From Macrostomum lignano (lineage: Eukaryota), in the NCBI GenBank assembly GCA_002269645.1, contig NIVC01003628.1, forward strand, positions 1 to 47,461: a DNA stretch of 47,461 nt, written 5' to 3'. Of this stretch, positions 23,905 through 37,100 are shown one piece after another. How positions within the stretch are numbered: the stretch's first letter is position 1; every line of letters starts with the position of its first letter. The notes under the pieces were generated by a model. The model was not told where the DNA came from. It did no database searches and saw only the letters and a program-made list of their open reading frames with translations. The position numbers were made by a program, and so were the translations under genes.

Positions 23905-24417
23905 TCAGAGTTTACCTAAGCCGAGCAGACAGGCCACCAACAGGCAGTAAGCCGTCAGGAGCAGAGTGGGGCCCGACAACCGACCGACCGAGTTGCACAG
24001 CTCCGTGTCGCAGCAGTAGGTGGTAGATGTCCTGATGCAACGGTCCAATGGAACCCTAATGATGACATCATCCTTGACTACTTTCTGTTGGTTAGAATTG
24101 GTTTAGAAAATTATTTTGTGGTATGAAATTTTAGCAGCTTTTTTATTTGGGACAATTTGTGTAGAATCCCGACATGTTGTGTAGAACACCTTTAGTAGCA
24201 TGAATTCGAATGTGAAATGAGTTCCTAGAATCCCTGCAAGCTCTTACCTGGCAGAATTTACCGGATCCAATAGATGTTTTGCCGTCAACAGTTTTGCATC
24301 TCATGCAAGAATAACATTTCACGACAAGGCAGCCGGCTAAAATGCTAAAAATATAAAGTTATTAATATATGAATTTTGCACCTGCCAGTGTGAAGCTGAT
24401 ATTCGTAATCCGGACAT
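23905..24417 (-). pseudogene. Ly6/uPAR three-finger gene A, probably frameshifted: exons 24382-24417, 24248-24336, 23905-24084
   Basis: Exon 2 GCLVVKCYSCMRCKTVDGKTSIGSGKFCQ; exon 3 KVVKDDVIIRVPLDRCIRTSTTYCCDTELCNSVGRLSG plus hydrophobic GPI-type tail. Exon 1 is 7 nt shorter than in paralog B and ends in phase 0, which does not fit exon 2. Confidence 0.7.
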
Positions 24418-24670
24418 GATAGCAACTCTAGTGCAAGAAGCCGCTGATCTGTAAACACAATTTAAAAAATTCTCTGCAGCACATCAAATGGAACATTTAC
24501 GTCGGATCTAGCGCACAAGATTTAGACTCATGTTGGTCCACTGTTACATTCCTGCACTACTAATTGCGCCCCGGTGGTCAAGTTTGCGTATCGCCCGTTT
24601 CTGCCAATTTGGACAGGTTCGTGCCCGACTCTCTACAAACTAGCAGCTTATAACTGAGCTGTGAGCTCAA

Positions 24671-26492
24671 ACACTGGTCACAGATAACTGCAAGGTATAT
24701 ATGCATTGATACACTGGTCACAGATAACTGCAAGATATATATGCATTGGTACACTGGTCACAGATAACTGCAAGGTATATATGCATTGATACACTGGTCA
24801 CAGATAACTGCAAGGTATATATGCATTGATACACTGGTCACAGATAACTGCAAGATATATATGCATTGATACACTGGTCACAGATAACTGCAAGGTATAT
24901 ATGCATTGATACACTGGTCACAGATAACTGCAAGGTATATATGCATTGATACACTGGTCACAGATAACTGCAAGATATATATGCATTGATACACTGGTCA
25001 CAGATAACTGAAAGATATATATGCATTGATACACTGGTCATAGATAACTGCAAGATATATATGCATTGATACACTGGTCATAGATAAGCAATGCATTGAT
25101 ACACTGGTCATAGATAAGCAATGCATTGATACACTGGTCATAGATAAGCGATGCATTGATACACTGGTCATAGATAAGCAATGCATTAATACACTGGTCA
25201 TAGATAAGCAATGCATTGATACACTGGTCATAGATAACCAACGCATTGATACACTGGTCATAGATAAGCAATGCATTGATACACTGGTCATATATAAGCA
25301 ATGCATTGATACACTGGTCATAGATAAGCGATGCATTGATACACTGGTCATAGATAAGCAATGCATTGATACACTGGTCATAGATAACCAACGCATTGAT
25401 ACACTGGTCATAGATAAGCAATGCATTGATACACTGGTCATAGATAACCAACGCATTGATACACTGGTCATAGATAAGCAATGCATTGATACACTGGTCA
25501 TAGATAAGCAATGCATTGATACACTGGTCATAGATAAGCAATGCATTGATACACTGGTCATAGATAAGCAATGCATTGATACACTGGTCATAGATAAGCG
25601 ATGCATTGATACACTGGTCATAGATAAGCAATGCATTAATACACTGGTCATAGATAAGCAATGCATTGATACACTGGTCATAGATAACCAACGCATTGAT
25701 ACACTGGTCATAGATAAGCAATGCATTGATACACTGGTCATATATAAGCAATGCATTGATACACTGGTCATAGATAAGCGATGCATTGATACACTGGTCA
25801 TAGATAAGCAATGCATTGATACACTGGTCATAGATAAGCAATGCATTGATACACTGGTCATAGATAAGCAATGCATTGATACACTGGTCATAGATAACCA
25901 ACGCATTGATACACTGGTCATAGATAAGCAATGCATTGATACACTGGTCATAGATAAGCAATGCATTGATACACTGGTCATAGATAACCAATGCATTAAT
26001 ACACTGGTCATAGATAAGCAATGCATTGATACACTGGTCATAGATAAGCAATGCATTGATACACTGGTCATAGATAAGCAATGCATTGATACACTGGTCA
26101 TAGATAAGCAATGCATTGATACACTGGTCATAGATAAGCAATGTATTGATACACTGGTCATAGATAAGCAATGCATTAATACACTGGTCATAGATAAGCA
26201 ATGCATTGATACACTGGTCATAGATAAGCAATGCATTGATACACTGGTCATAGATAAGCAATGCATTGATACACTGGTCATAGATAAGCAATGCATTGAT
26301 ACACTGGTCATAGATAAGCAATGTATTGATACACTGGTCATAGATAAGCAATGCATTAATACACTGGTCATAGATAACCAATGCATTAATACACTGGTCA
26401 TAGATAAGCAATGCATTGATCCACTGGTCATAGATAAGCAATGCATTGATACACTGGTCATAGATAAGCAATGCATTGATACACTGGTCACA
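24671..26492. repeat. Satellite with a 40-bp unit (24671-~25070) switching to a 30-bp unit (atgcattgatacactggtcatagataagca)
   Basis: Directly visible; explains ORFs 24998..26491 and 25038..26471. Confidence 0.97.
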
Positions 26493-26772
26493 GACAGTCC
26501 ATGAATGAATCGATAAACTTAAGTATGCAGTTTGCTGTTATATCATTTTGCTCCATTTCTGAGAATAAATACGAACTATTATTGAGCATTGGCAAGTGAA
26601 GTATCACTAAATGTATTTTTATTCATCTAAAATGAATATTATACGCAACAATAAACAAAATATAAGCAGACATCAATTTTTGCAACAACGAGACCTTGAG
26701 TTGAGAAAGTCAAAGCGAGCGAGTTGGCCGAGTGAGCTAAAGTGTCTTGAAATGAACAATTAGCACACACAC

Positions 26773-26824
26773 CTGGCAGTAGACACCAGAAACTGTTAGA
26801 CATGGCATGTCACGGCAAAGCAGT
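26773..26824 (-). pseudogene. Orphan, internally deleted Ly6 exon-2 copy
   Basis: cacag|xCFAVTCHV...SGVYCQ|gtgtgt is homologous to exon 2 of genes A and B, but is 52 nt (frameshifted). Confidence 0.55.
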
Positions 26825-28429
26825 CTGTGAAAAATATTCTTGACAATAATCAATAATTAAGTAACTAATTTGGTCATCGGGTGCTCCTGGAATTCAAACC
26901 GACTGTTACCGGAGTCAAATCAAAACCTGATGCCTGACAATTAAAAAGTCAGGACAGCTGTATACACTCTGCCTGAGCTCAGGAGTCTGCGGAATGGGCA
27001 CAGTCGCGCTTTCAGAGCTGGTTGATGGGATGTTGATCTCGCCGAAGGGTGCCCGTACCCATCCTGCAACTGTAGTTATATTATTATCGTGTAATTATAC
27101 GAGCGTATGGTGGCAGAGGGTAAGTTAGTTTTTCGTTATTTTTAAACCCACGAAGGCTTCTACGAGTATTTTAAAAGATAAGAGACAGTACATACACAGC
27201 TTGATGAAGTCTTCTCAATGTTTTGATTAGTGCCTTTATAATTCAACATTTATGCTCTACAAAAAATCATGTCTATATTGTTGAGTCACTGTATGTAACC
27301 TATAAAATTCAAGAAAATTTCGTGTAACAATGTAGAAAACTTGCTGGCTTAATGTTACAGACTGATTATTTGTTAGAGTTGAGCAGAATATCTATCGTAG
27401 AAGTGTGTTGTTCTGATTCGTTGATGAGATAAGAATTGAGCCATAGACTAAATTTGAGGAAGGATGCGCTCAACGAGCTTAGAGAGAGTGTTGTAACTAC
27501 GAGCATAGAAGCAGTTCCGGAGTCGTTTAGGAGAACAGAAGTCTCAAGACGCTACTACGCCTTCAATTGTCGCGAACTAACTCAATGTGACGTTTCAAAA
27601 TTGCATATTCTTGCATATTCTTTTGCAGTCGGGATGCGTGATATTGATTTAACAAGCGAGCGCCATTGGGTGTTGGGAACAAGTTAAAGGCAGGCTAGGA
27701 AGATAATTTAAGAGAGAGAGAGAGAGACCAATGATGCGGCACTTAAGTGTTAAGTCAACATCACGCACCCATAGCTGCAGATGAGTACACTGACTAGTGT
27801 TTCCTCTATAGTCTATGGTCTGAAAGACCTGATGTCTATGGTTTAAAAGGGCAATAATATGTTGCGGACAGTTTAAAGACAGTTTAATCAAATTGGTAAA
27901 AGAGCGATTAAGATTTTCAAAAACTAAGCTGTCACCCTCTACTGAACTATTCTCTGCTCTGTCTTGGTGTGACTTCATTGCTATCAAGTTAGAGTCATTA
28001 CTGCGAGAATGGACTTTCCAGCGAAAGTCTCTGATCAGCTTGACAATTTTGTGTATTTCGACAGAATACATTTGCTACATGCAGTTTTGACATTAGTATC
28101 ATCTTATTTCATGTAAATAAAAAGTATCATAAAAGAAACGATTGCCGATAAATAATACGCATTCCACGAGCGAGTTAATGGCTACAGTGAAACAAGCGCT
28201 TGCTAATGTACTCTATTGTATACCAGTGGTATGCGAATCGATAGCTAATATAACAGCAGTGGGAAAAGCGTGGCCTTCATTAAAGCAGAATACTCAGAAT
28301 CAGGTTGTCTTTGTGCTGTTGACCTACATGCACTCATTTGGAAACAAACACTCGTGGTAGAAAGTCCTCGAGAAATTCCCAGTGACGGTGCTCAACCGGA
28401 TTCTGAGCATTCATCCTCTGCAGATCTGC

Positions 28430-28603
28430 TCAGAGGTTGCTCAAGCTGAGCAGGCAGCCCGCGAGCAGACCGGCAGCCGTCAGGAGGCCCGACAGAGGCG
28501 GACCCGACACCCGACCGACCGAGTTGCACAGGTCCGTATCGCAACAGAACGAGTAGCAAAACATCACCGGACCACGAACAGTCTTACCAGCAGCGACTAT
28601 TTT
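28430..28603 (-). CDS. Ly6/three-finger gene B exon 3 (CCxxDLCN plus GPI signal)
   Basis: caacag|KIVAAGKTVRGPVMFCYSFCCDTDLCNSVGRVSGPPLSGLLTAAGLLAGCLLSLSNL*; phase 0. Confidence 0.88.
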   Translation of the reverse strand, partial: KIVAAGKTVRGPVMFCYSFCCDTDLCNSVGRVSGPPLSGLLTAAGLLAGCLLSLSNL

Positions 28604-28694
28604 CTGTTGATTGGTTGAAGCATAACTTGCCAAAATGTACCAGCGTCGTGTAAAACACTTTATAAAGCACGAATTCAAATGCTCGTAAGTTAAA

Positions 28695-28990
28695 GGAGGT
28701 TGGAGCTTAAAATGGTTAGAGCGTCGGACTCCCGACTGAAAGGTCGAGGGTTCGATTCCCGATCCACTCTGAAAAATTCGGATAAACTCGGAAGACACTT
28801 AATTCTGCATTGCTTCAGTTCACCCAGCTGTAAAATGGGTGCCAGCATTAACTGGGGTAATTTAGGGTGTATGTCGCGATCCCCCAGTCCTTGGACTGAA
28901 CAGCCGTACGCAGCCTTCAGATGCGCCGCGCAATAGCTGTGGCTGAGCTATCGGTTGAAAATCTGCCCATTAGGACAGGCTTAATCAAAC
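28695..28990 (+). mobile_element. tRNA-derived SINE (same family as 7296-7582)
   Basis: A-box-like head, B box GGTTCGATTCCC, shared core ttcacccagctgtaaaatgggtgcc and 3' body. Confidence 0.85.
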
Positions 28991-29294
28991 AGTAAAGAAC
29001 GGATACAAGTGCACCAATGTTTTGACTGAGGGCGCTGTGCACGAGTAGCCGTTCTTCACCGATATTGTATGATTTTGAAGGCGTTTGCACCATAGATATT
29101 TGAAGCGTGCAACAATCAGTTTGGGACAGCGTGCACCAATTATACATGGCTGAACGCTCGAAATACGCTCGTATCTATGGTCCAAAAATGAAAGTGTAGA
29201 CATGAAGTTGTAGGTCAAATAGCAAAGGTTCATAGCTAGCTATACAAAGTAGCCTGCTAAAGCTCAACGCGCGACTGCGACCGAAGGCAAATAA

Positions 29295-30228
29295 ATGGCT
29301 TTCATTTTGGATTTAACAACCGGCAGTCGTATCGGACTATTGCACATTTCGCAAGGTGACGTTGTTGGAGCTTCAAGTTCCCAGTTGGGCGAATGGGTTG
29401 AGCGAGAGTCCGCAATGCGATGCATGCTTGACGATCTCATTCAATTGGACGCCGATGAAGTTGAAGCGCTATTAAATGGTGGCGATTCGGAGCAATCCCT
29501 TTTAAACGAGATGGATGAAATTCAACTGGACAGCACACCGAGGTCTATTCGAATTCAGGAAAACTGGGCTGTACGCAAGTTCAATGAAGTGCTCATTAGT
29601 AAGAAGTACGCGTGCAACTTGGAGACGGCTGACATAGTGCAGTTAGTAACTGGTCTGCGAGTATTCTATGCGTTCTTGCGTAAAATTGACGGAGGGTTAT
29701 ACGCCCCTGCGTCTCTAGTTACTGTTCGTGCTGGATTATTTCGATATCTACTCCGGACACGCGGGCTGAACATTTTTGAAGACCCATAACGCTTCGCTAA
29801 AGCCAATTTGCAACTGAAAGCCACTGCAGCCATGTTCGTCAAGACAGAAGTGACCCGACGAAAGTGCAACAAGAGTCGTATACTACGTGATGGCTACGCA
29901 ATTTGGACTGTGTGGACGCGAGTGGTTCCGAAAGTTGAAAACGAAATCGTTTATAAGATGCACTGTAGATGGAAAGCGCGCTTTTAAGTTGACTCCAATG
30001 GAGACGGAGAATGTCCGGGGAAGTTTGGAGACGCCGACTGCAGAAGACAGAAAGCAGAACATGATTTTCGAAACTGGTGAGCGTGGGTGTCCGTATGAAT
30101 GCGTCGATCTCTATCTGAGGAAGGTTGAAGAAGCAAAGAGAAAGGAAGGTGTAAAAAGCTCTGTTGTGTTTCTACGTCCCTGGGTGCGTGAGCTACAACA
30201 GTCGTGGTACTCCAAAATGATACAATAA
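29295..30228 (+). mobile_element. Degenerate Crypton-like tyrosine recombinase (DUF3504; ZMYM/QRICH1/KIAA1958-related), nested antisense in the Ly6-B intron
   Basis: WAVRKFNE...LRVFYAFLRKIDGGLYAPASLVTVRAGLFRYL...NIFEDP*RFAKAN; then FGLCGREWFRKL...TENVRGSL...CPYECVDLYLRK...VFLRP...WY. Has a stop, a frameshift, and is truncated before the catalytic C-terminus. Confidence 0.8.
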
Positions 30229-30379
30229 TTTTTATTATTTATTTTCAAATAAGTACCTCTATAGATAAGGAAAAACTTATGCGAGATCGGAAACAGCTAG
30301 AGTCGGAGGGGGAGACATGAGTAGAATACAAAGCAAAGAAGGAGAGCCTACTGCAAAGATTAGCGCTACAAACACTCAC

Positions 30380-30477
30380 CTGGCAGTAGGTACCTGAAGC
30401 TGTGAGTGTGTTGCTGCCAACAGTTTCGCAGTCAGCGCAGACGTAACAAAGCACCGCAAGGCAGTCAGTGAGAGAAG
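30380..30477 (-). CDS. Ly6/three-finger gene B exon 2
   Basis: ttttag|SLTDCLAVLCYVCADCETVGSNTLTASGTYCQ|gtgagt, phase 1-0. Confidence 0.88.
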
Positions 30478-30567
30478 CTAAAAGTTTCGTAACACAATCG
30501 GAATGAATTTCGGATTTTACCAGGTATGCCGAGAAATATGAAATAAAAAATTATTTAACTAACACAC

Positions 30568-30610
30568 CTGACAATGTAAGAATAATTAGCAGAGTTCGAA
30601 TGCCAGACAT
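30568..30610 (-). CDS. Ly6/three-finger gene B exon 1 (signal peptide MSGIRTLLIILTLS)
   Basis: ATG, hydrophobic stretch and G|gtgtgt donor in phase 1. Confidence 0.8.
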
Positions 30611-31344
30611 GATAGCGATTGAGGTGCAATTTGCAGCTGGTCTGCATTTATGGATTTCTGAGACAGAATTTGAACTGACGCTGCCGACAAATCCTATATA
30701 CTAAAAATGAGTTGTCTGTGGGTAGGTAGGTAGGTATGCGATAGATTTCAGAAAAATCCTATATACTAAAAATGAAATGTCTGTAACTAACTAGCTATGC
30801 GATAGATTTCAGAAAAAATGGCTCAACCGATTTTCTTCAAACTTGCACCATTCGATCAGAAATGTTCCTGGGACGGTACATGTATCTTGGCTAAGAAATT
30901 GCTCAATGTTAAAGGGATTAAATATTCGAAAAACATGCTTTTTGCAAAGGTCAAGCCAAATTTTTGACTTGAAATGCATTGTAAGAATGCTAGAGAAAAA
31001 ACTGACTGGCTGAATTACGATTGTGATAAAGATTGCATCACAACAAGGTGAAAACAGTGCCACAGAAACGCACACAAGACTTCATTGAAATTGCGTAACC
31101 ATATTGCTAACTTGAATTGAGACTGATACTGGCTGACTGAGAAATTGATTATGTCATAACTTTTTACTCTTACCGACTTGCTATAAGTATTGAATTATAA
31201 GGGCCACAAGTCATGTTCTCCAATTGAAAAGAGATAGCCGGATGCAAACAGACTGGAATGCTAATGTAGCGACCTTGGTTCGAATCTTAGTGGTGAAAAA
31301 TGTTTTTTTTATTAAAACACGTTAAAAAACACAAAATTCTCAAC

Positions 31345-33540
31345 ATTAAAGAGCCACCATGTCGAAACATTAAAGAGCCACCATTTCAAACATTAAAGAG
31401 CCACAATGTCAAACATTAAAGAGCCACCATGTCGAACATAAAAGAGCCACCATATCAAACATACAAGAGTTACCATTTCAAACCTAAAAGAGCCACCATG
31501 TCGAACATTAAAAAGCCACCATGTCAAACATTAAAGAGCCACAATGGCAAACATTAAAGAGACACCATTTCAAACCTAAAAGAGTTACCATGTCAAACAT
31601 TAAAGAGCCGCCAGGTCAAACATAAAACAGACACCATTAAGAACATTAAAGAGCCACCATGTCGAACATTAAAGAGCCACCATGTCAAACATAAAACAGC
31701 CACCATTTCGAAAATTAAAGAGCCACCATTTTAAACATTAAAGAGCCACCTTGTCAAATATTAAAGAGCCACAATGTCAAACATTAAAGAGCCACCTTAT
31801 CAAACATTAAAGAGCCACCATGTCAAACATTAAAGAGCCACCATGTAAAACATTAAAGAGCCACCATGTCGAACATAAAAGAGGTACCATGTCAAACATT
31901 AAAGACCCACCAGGTCAAACATGAAAGTGCCACCATGTCAAATATTAAAAAGCCACCATGTCAAACATTAAAGAGCCACCAGGTCAAACATGAAAGTGCC
32001 ACCAGGTCAAACATATACATGACTCCATGTCAAACATTAAAGAGCCACCATGTCGAACATAAAAGGGCCACCATGTCAAATATTAAAGAGCCACCATGTA
32101 AAACATTAAAGAGCCACCAGGTCAAACATGAAAGTGCCACCATGTAAAACATTAAAGAGCCACCATGTCAAACATTAAAGAGCCACCAGGTCAAACATAT
32201 ACATGACTCCATGTCAAACATTAAAGAGCCACCATGTCGAACATAAAAGGGCCACCATGTCAAATATTAAAGAGCCACCATGTCAAACATTAAAGAGCCA
32301 CCAGGTCAAACATGAAAGTGCCACCATGTAAAACATTAAAGAGCCACCATGTCGAACATTTAAGAAGCACCATGTCAAACATAAAATAGCCACCATGTGA
32401 AACATATAGGTGACTCCATGTAAAACATTAAAGAGCTACCATACCAGACATATACATGACTCCATGTCAAACATATACGTGACTCCATGTTAGACATTTA
32501 AGAGCCACCATGTCGAACATTAAAGAGCCAACGTGTTAAAAATACAAGAGCCACCAGGTCAAACATATATATGACTCCATGTCAAACATTAAAGAGCCAC
32601 CATGTCGAACATAAAAGGGCCACCATGTCAAATATTAAAGAGCCACCATGTCAAACATTTAAGAGCCACCATGTCAAACATATACATGACTCTATGTCAA
32701 ACGTTAAAGAGACACCATGTCAAACATTACAGAGCCACCATGTCAAACATTTAAGAGCCACCAGGTCAAACATGAAAGTGCCACCATGTAAAACATTAAA
32801 GAGCCACCATGTCAAACATATACGTAACTCCATGTCAAACATTGAAGAGACCCCATGTCAAACATTAAAGAGCCACCACGTCGAACATAAAAGAGCCACC
32901 ATGTAAAACATATACGTAACTCCATGTCAAACATTGAAGCGACACCATGTCGAACATAAAAGAGCCACCATGTCGAACATAAAAGAGCCATCATGTCAAA
33001 CATATAAGTGACTTTATGTCGAACATTAAAGAGCCACCATGTCTAACATTAAAGAGCCACCATGTCCAACATTAAAGAGCCACCATGTCAAAAATTAAAG
33101 AGCCACCATGTCTATCATTAAAGAGCCATCATGTCAAACATTAAAGAGCTACTTTGTCTAACATTAAAGAGCCACCATGTCAAACATTAAAGAGCTACTT
33201 TGTCTAACATTAAAGAGCCACCATGTCAAACATTAAAGAGCCACCATGTCAAACATTAAAGAGCCACCATGTCAAACATAAAAGAGCCACCTTTTTGAAC
33301 ATTAAAAAGCCACTTTGTAAAACATAGAAGAGCCCCATGTCAAACATAGAAGAGCCCCCATGTCAAACATAGAAGAGCCCCCATGTCAAACATAGAAGAG
33401 CCCCCATGTCAAACATAGAAGAGCCACTATGTCAGACATTGAAAAGCCACCGTATCAAACATAAAAGAGTTACCATGTACGAGCGTAGAACATAAAAGAG
33501 CCACCCTGTTAAACATAAAAAGATACACAATTTCAAACGT
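31345..33540. repeat. 22-bp minisatellite A (aaagagccaccatgtcaaacat), unit 1
   Basis: About 100 variable copies. Confidence 0.95.
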
Positions 33541-33609
33541 AAAAGTAAGCGAATTTTAAAGGAGCCGCTATAATGCTAAGGAAATTGTCGCACTAGCTAC
33601 TTATTGTCT

Positions 33610-34045
33610 GGTGGATGCTTGCTATTTGGGGATGCTATCTATCTTGGGGATGCTTGCTATCTGGGGGATGCTTGCTATCTGGGGGATGCTTGCTATCTGG
33701 GGGATGCTTGCTATCTGGGGGATGCTTGCTATCTGGGGGATGCTTGCTATCTGGGGGATGCTTGCTATCTGGGGGATGCTTGCTATCTGGGGGATGCTTG
33801 CTATCTGAGGGATGCTTGCTTTCTGGGGGATGCTTGCTATCTGGGGGATGCTTGCTATCTGGGGGATGCTTGCTATCTGGGGGATGCTTGCTATCTGAGG
33901 GATGCTTGCTATCTTGGGGATGCTTGCTATCTGGGGGATGCTTGCAATCTGGGGGATGCTTGCTATCTGGGGGATGCTTGCCATCTTGGGGATGCTTGCT
34001 ATCTAGGGGATGCTTGCTATCTGGGGGATGCTTGCAGTCTTGGGA
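33610..34045. repeat. 18-bp minisatellite B (ggggatgcttgctatctg), unit 1
   Basis: About 24 copies; explains ORFs 33604-34194. Confidence 0.95.
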
Positions 34046-34181
34046 TGATTTCTTTTTGCAATGCACTTCATTTGAGCAGTTTGTCTGTTGTCTTTTTGAA
34101 GGATTTTTGGCTGTCTTTTTGTTACTTTAGAAAACAGAGATTCTATCCAGATGTCCCCCATCGGGGGGCGAAGATTGCTAG

Positions 34182-37100
34182 TCCTATATACTAAAAATGA
34201 AATGTCTGTAACTAACTAGCTATGCGATAGATTTCAGAAAAAATGGCTCAACCGATTTTTTTCAAACTTGCACCATTCGATCAGAAATTTTCCTGGGACG
34301 GTACATGCATCCTGGCTAAGAAATTGCTCAATTTTAAAGGGATTAAATATTCGAAAAACATGCTTTTTTGCAAAGGTCAAGCAGCTCTTTCGACCTGGAA
34401 TGCATTGTAAGAATGCTAGAGAAAAAACTGACTGGCTCAATTCCGATTGTGATAAAGATTGCATCACAACAATTTGAAAACAGTGTCGATGAAATGCACA
34501 CCCGACTTGATTAAAATTGCGTAACTATATTGCTAACTTAAATTGAGACTGATACTGGCTGACTGAGAAATTGATTATGTCATAACTTTCTACTCCAATT
34601 GACTTGCTGTAAGAATTGAATTATAAGGGCCACAATTCATGTTCTCCAAATGAAAAGAGATAGCCCAGATGCGAACAGACTGGGATGCTAATGTAGTGAC
34701 CTGGGTTCGAATCTTAGTAGTGCAAAAATATTTTTTTATTAAAACATTAAAAACACAAAACTGCTAAACATAAAAGAACCACAATGTCAAACATAGAAGA
34801 GCCACCATGTTGAACATTAAAGAGCCACCATGTCGAAAATTAAAGAGCCACCATGTCAAGCATAAAAGAGCCACCATGTTGAACATTAAAGAGCCAACAT
34901 GTCAAACATTAAAGAGCCACCATGTAAAGCATATATGTGACTCCATGTCAAACATATACGTGACTCCATGTCAAACAAAAAAGAGCCACGATGTAAAACA
35001 TATACTTATGACTCTTTGTCGAACATAAAGAGCCACCATGTAAAGCATATACGTGACTCCATGTCAAACACATACGTGACTCCATGTCAAACATTAAAGA
35101 GCCACCAAGAAAAAAATTAAAAGCCACTATGTCAAACATTAAAGAGCCACCATGTCAAACATTAAAGAGCCACCATATCGAACACTAAAGAGCCACCATG
35201 TCAAACATATAAGTGACTCCATGTCAAATATATACGTGACTCCATGTCACACATAAAAGAGCCACCATGTAAAACATATACATATGACTCCATAACAAAC
35301 ATTAAACAGCCACCATGTCGAACATTAAAGAGCCACCATGTCAAACATAAAAGAGCCACCATGTCAAACAATAAAGAGCCACCATGTCAAACATATACGT
35401 GACTACATGTCAAACATATACGTGACTCCATGTCAAACATAAAAGAGCCACCATGTAAAACATATACTTATGACTCTTTGTCGAACATAAAGAGCCACCA
35501 TGTAAAGCATTTACGTGACTCCAGGCCAAATATATACATGACTCCATGCCAAACACATACATGACTCCATGTCAAACATTAAAGAGCCACCATGTCACAC
35601 ATTAAAGAGCCAACATGTCAAACATTAAAGAGCCACCATGTAAAGCATATATGTGACTCCATGCCAAATATATACATGACTCCATGTCTAACACATACGT
35701 GACTCCATGTCAAACATTAAAGAGCCACCATGTCGAACGTTAAAGAGCCACCATGTCGAACATTAAAGAGCCACAATGTAGAACATTAAAGAGCCACAAT
35801 GTAGAACATTAAAGAGCCACCATGTCGAACGTTAAAGAGCCACCATGTCGAACATTAAAGAGCCACAATGTAGAACATTAAAGAGCCACCATGTCGAACA
35901 TTAAAGAGTCACAATATTTAGAACATTAAAGAGCCACAATGTCAAACATTAAAGAGCCACCATGTCAAACATTAAAGAGCCACCATGTCAAACATTAAAG
36001 AGCCACCATGTCAAACATATATGTGACTCCATGTCAAATATATACGTGACTCCATGTCACACATAAAAGAGCCACCATGTAAAACATATACATATGACTC
36101 AATAACAAACATTAAACAGCCACCATGTCGAACATTAAAGAGCCATCATGTCAAACATTAAAGAGCCACTATGTCAAACATTAAAGAGCCACTATGTCAA
36201 ACATTAAAGAGCCACCATGTAAAGCATATATGTGACTCCATGCCAAATATATACATGACTCCATGTCTAACACATACGTGACTCCATGTCAAACATTAAA
36301 GAGCCACCCTGTCGAACGTTAAAGAGCCACCATATCGAACATTAAAGAGCCACAATTTAGAACAATAAAGAGCCACCATGTCGAACATTAAAGAGCCACC
36401 ATGTCTAACATTAAAGAGCCACCATGTCGAACATTAAAGAGCCATCATGTCAAACAATAAAGAGCCACCATGTTGAACATTAAAGAGCCACCATGTCAAA
36501 TATTAAAGAGCCACAATGTAGAACATTAAAGAACCACCATGTAGAACATTAAAAAGCCACCATGTCAAACATTAAGGAGCAAAAATGTAGAAAATTAAAG
36601 AGCCACAATGTAGAACATTAAACAGCCACAATGTCGAGCATTAAAGAGCCACCATGTCGAACATTAAAAAGCCACCATGTCAAACATTAGAGAGCCACCA
36701 TGTTGAACATTAAAGAGCCACCATGTCAAACATTAAAGAGCCACCCTGTCGAACATTAAAGAGCCACCATGTCGAACATTAAAGAGCCACCATGTCGAAC
36801 ATTAAAGTACTGCCATGTCGAACGTTAAAGAGCCACCATGTCGAACATTAACGAGCCACGATGTCAAACATAAATGAGCTACCAAGTTAGACATAGAAGA
36901 GCCACCATGTGAAACATATATGTGACTCCATGTCAAACATTAAAGAGCCACCGCTTCTAACATTACTGAGCCACCATGACAAACATAAAACTGGCACGAT
37001 GTCATAACACAGGAGAGACATTTTCAAACGTAATAAGAAGCGTCATGCCAATCATAAAGCAGCCACTAGAAAGCTAAGGAAATGTTGCACTATATACTTT

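Larger units (their letters stand above)
30692..34181 (+). mobile_element. Non-autonomous Helitron-like unit 1
   Basis: 5' TCCTATATACTAAAAATG after an A, short microsatellite, GGCTCAACCGATTTT motif; 3' hairpin cccccatcgggggg and terminal CTAG. Confidence 0.85.

Noticed and set aside
24998-26491. 497-aa and 477-aa ORFs
   Set aside because: Translations of a 30-bp satellite (unit divisible by 3), open in multiple frames, with no splice or compositional support
27436-28090. ORFs and a DRIHL word faintly like an SGNH/esterase remnant
   Set aside because: Multiple stops, no GDS motif, no consistent frame; cannot be supported without a profile search
28695-28770. Possible functional tRNA gene
   Set aside because: No acceptor-stem pairing, and it continues into a SINE body shared with 7296-7582
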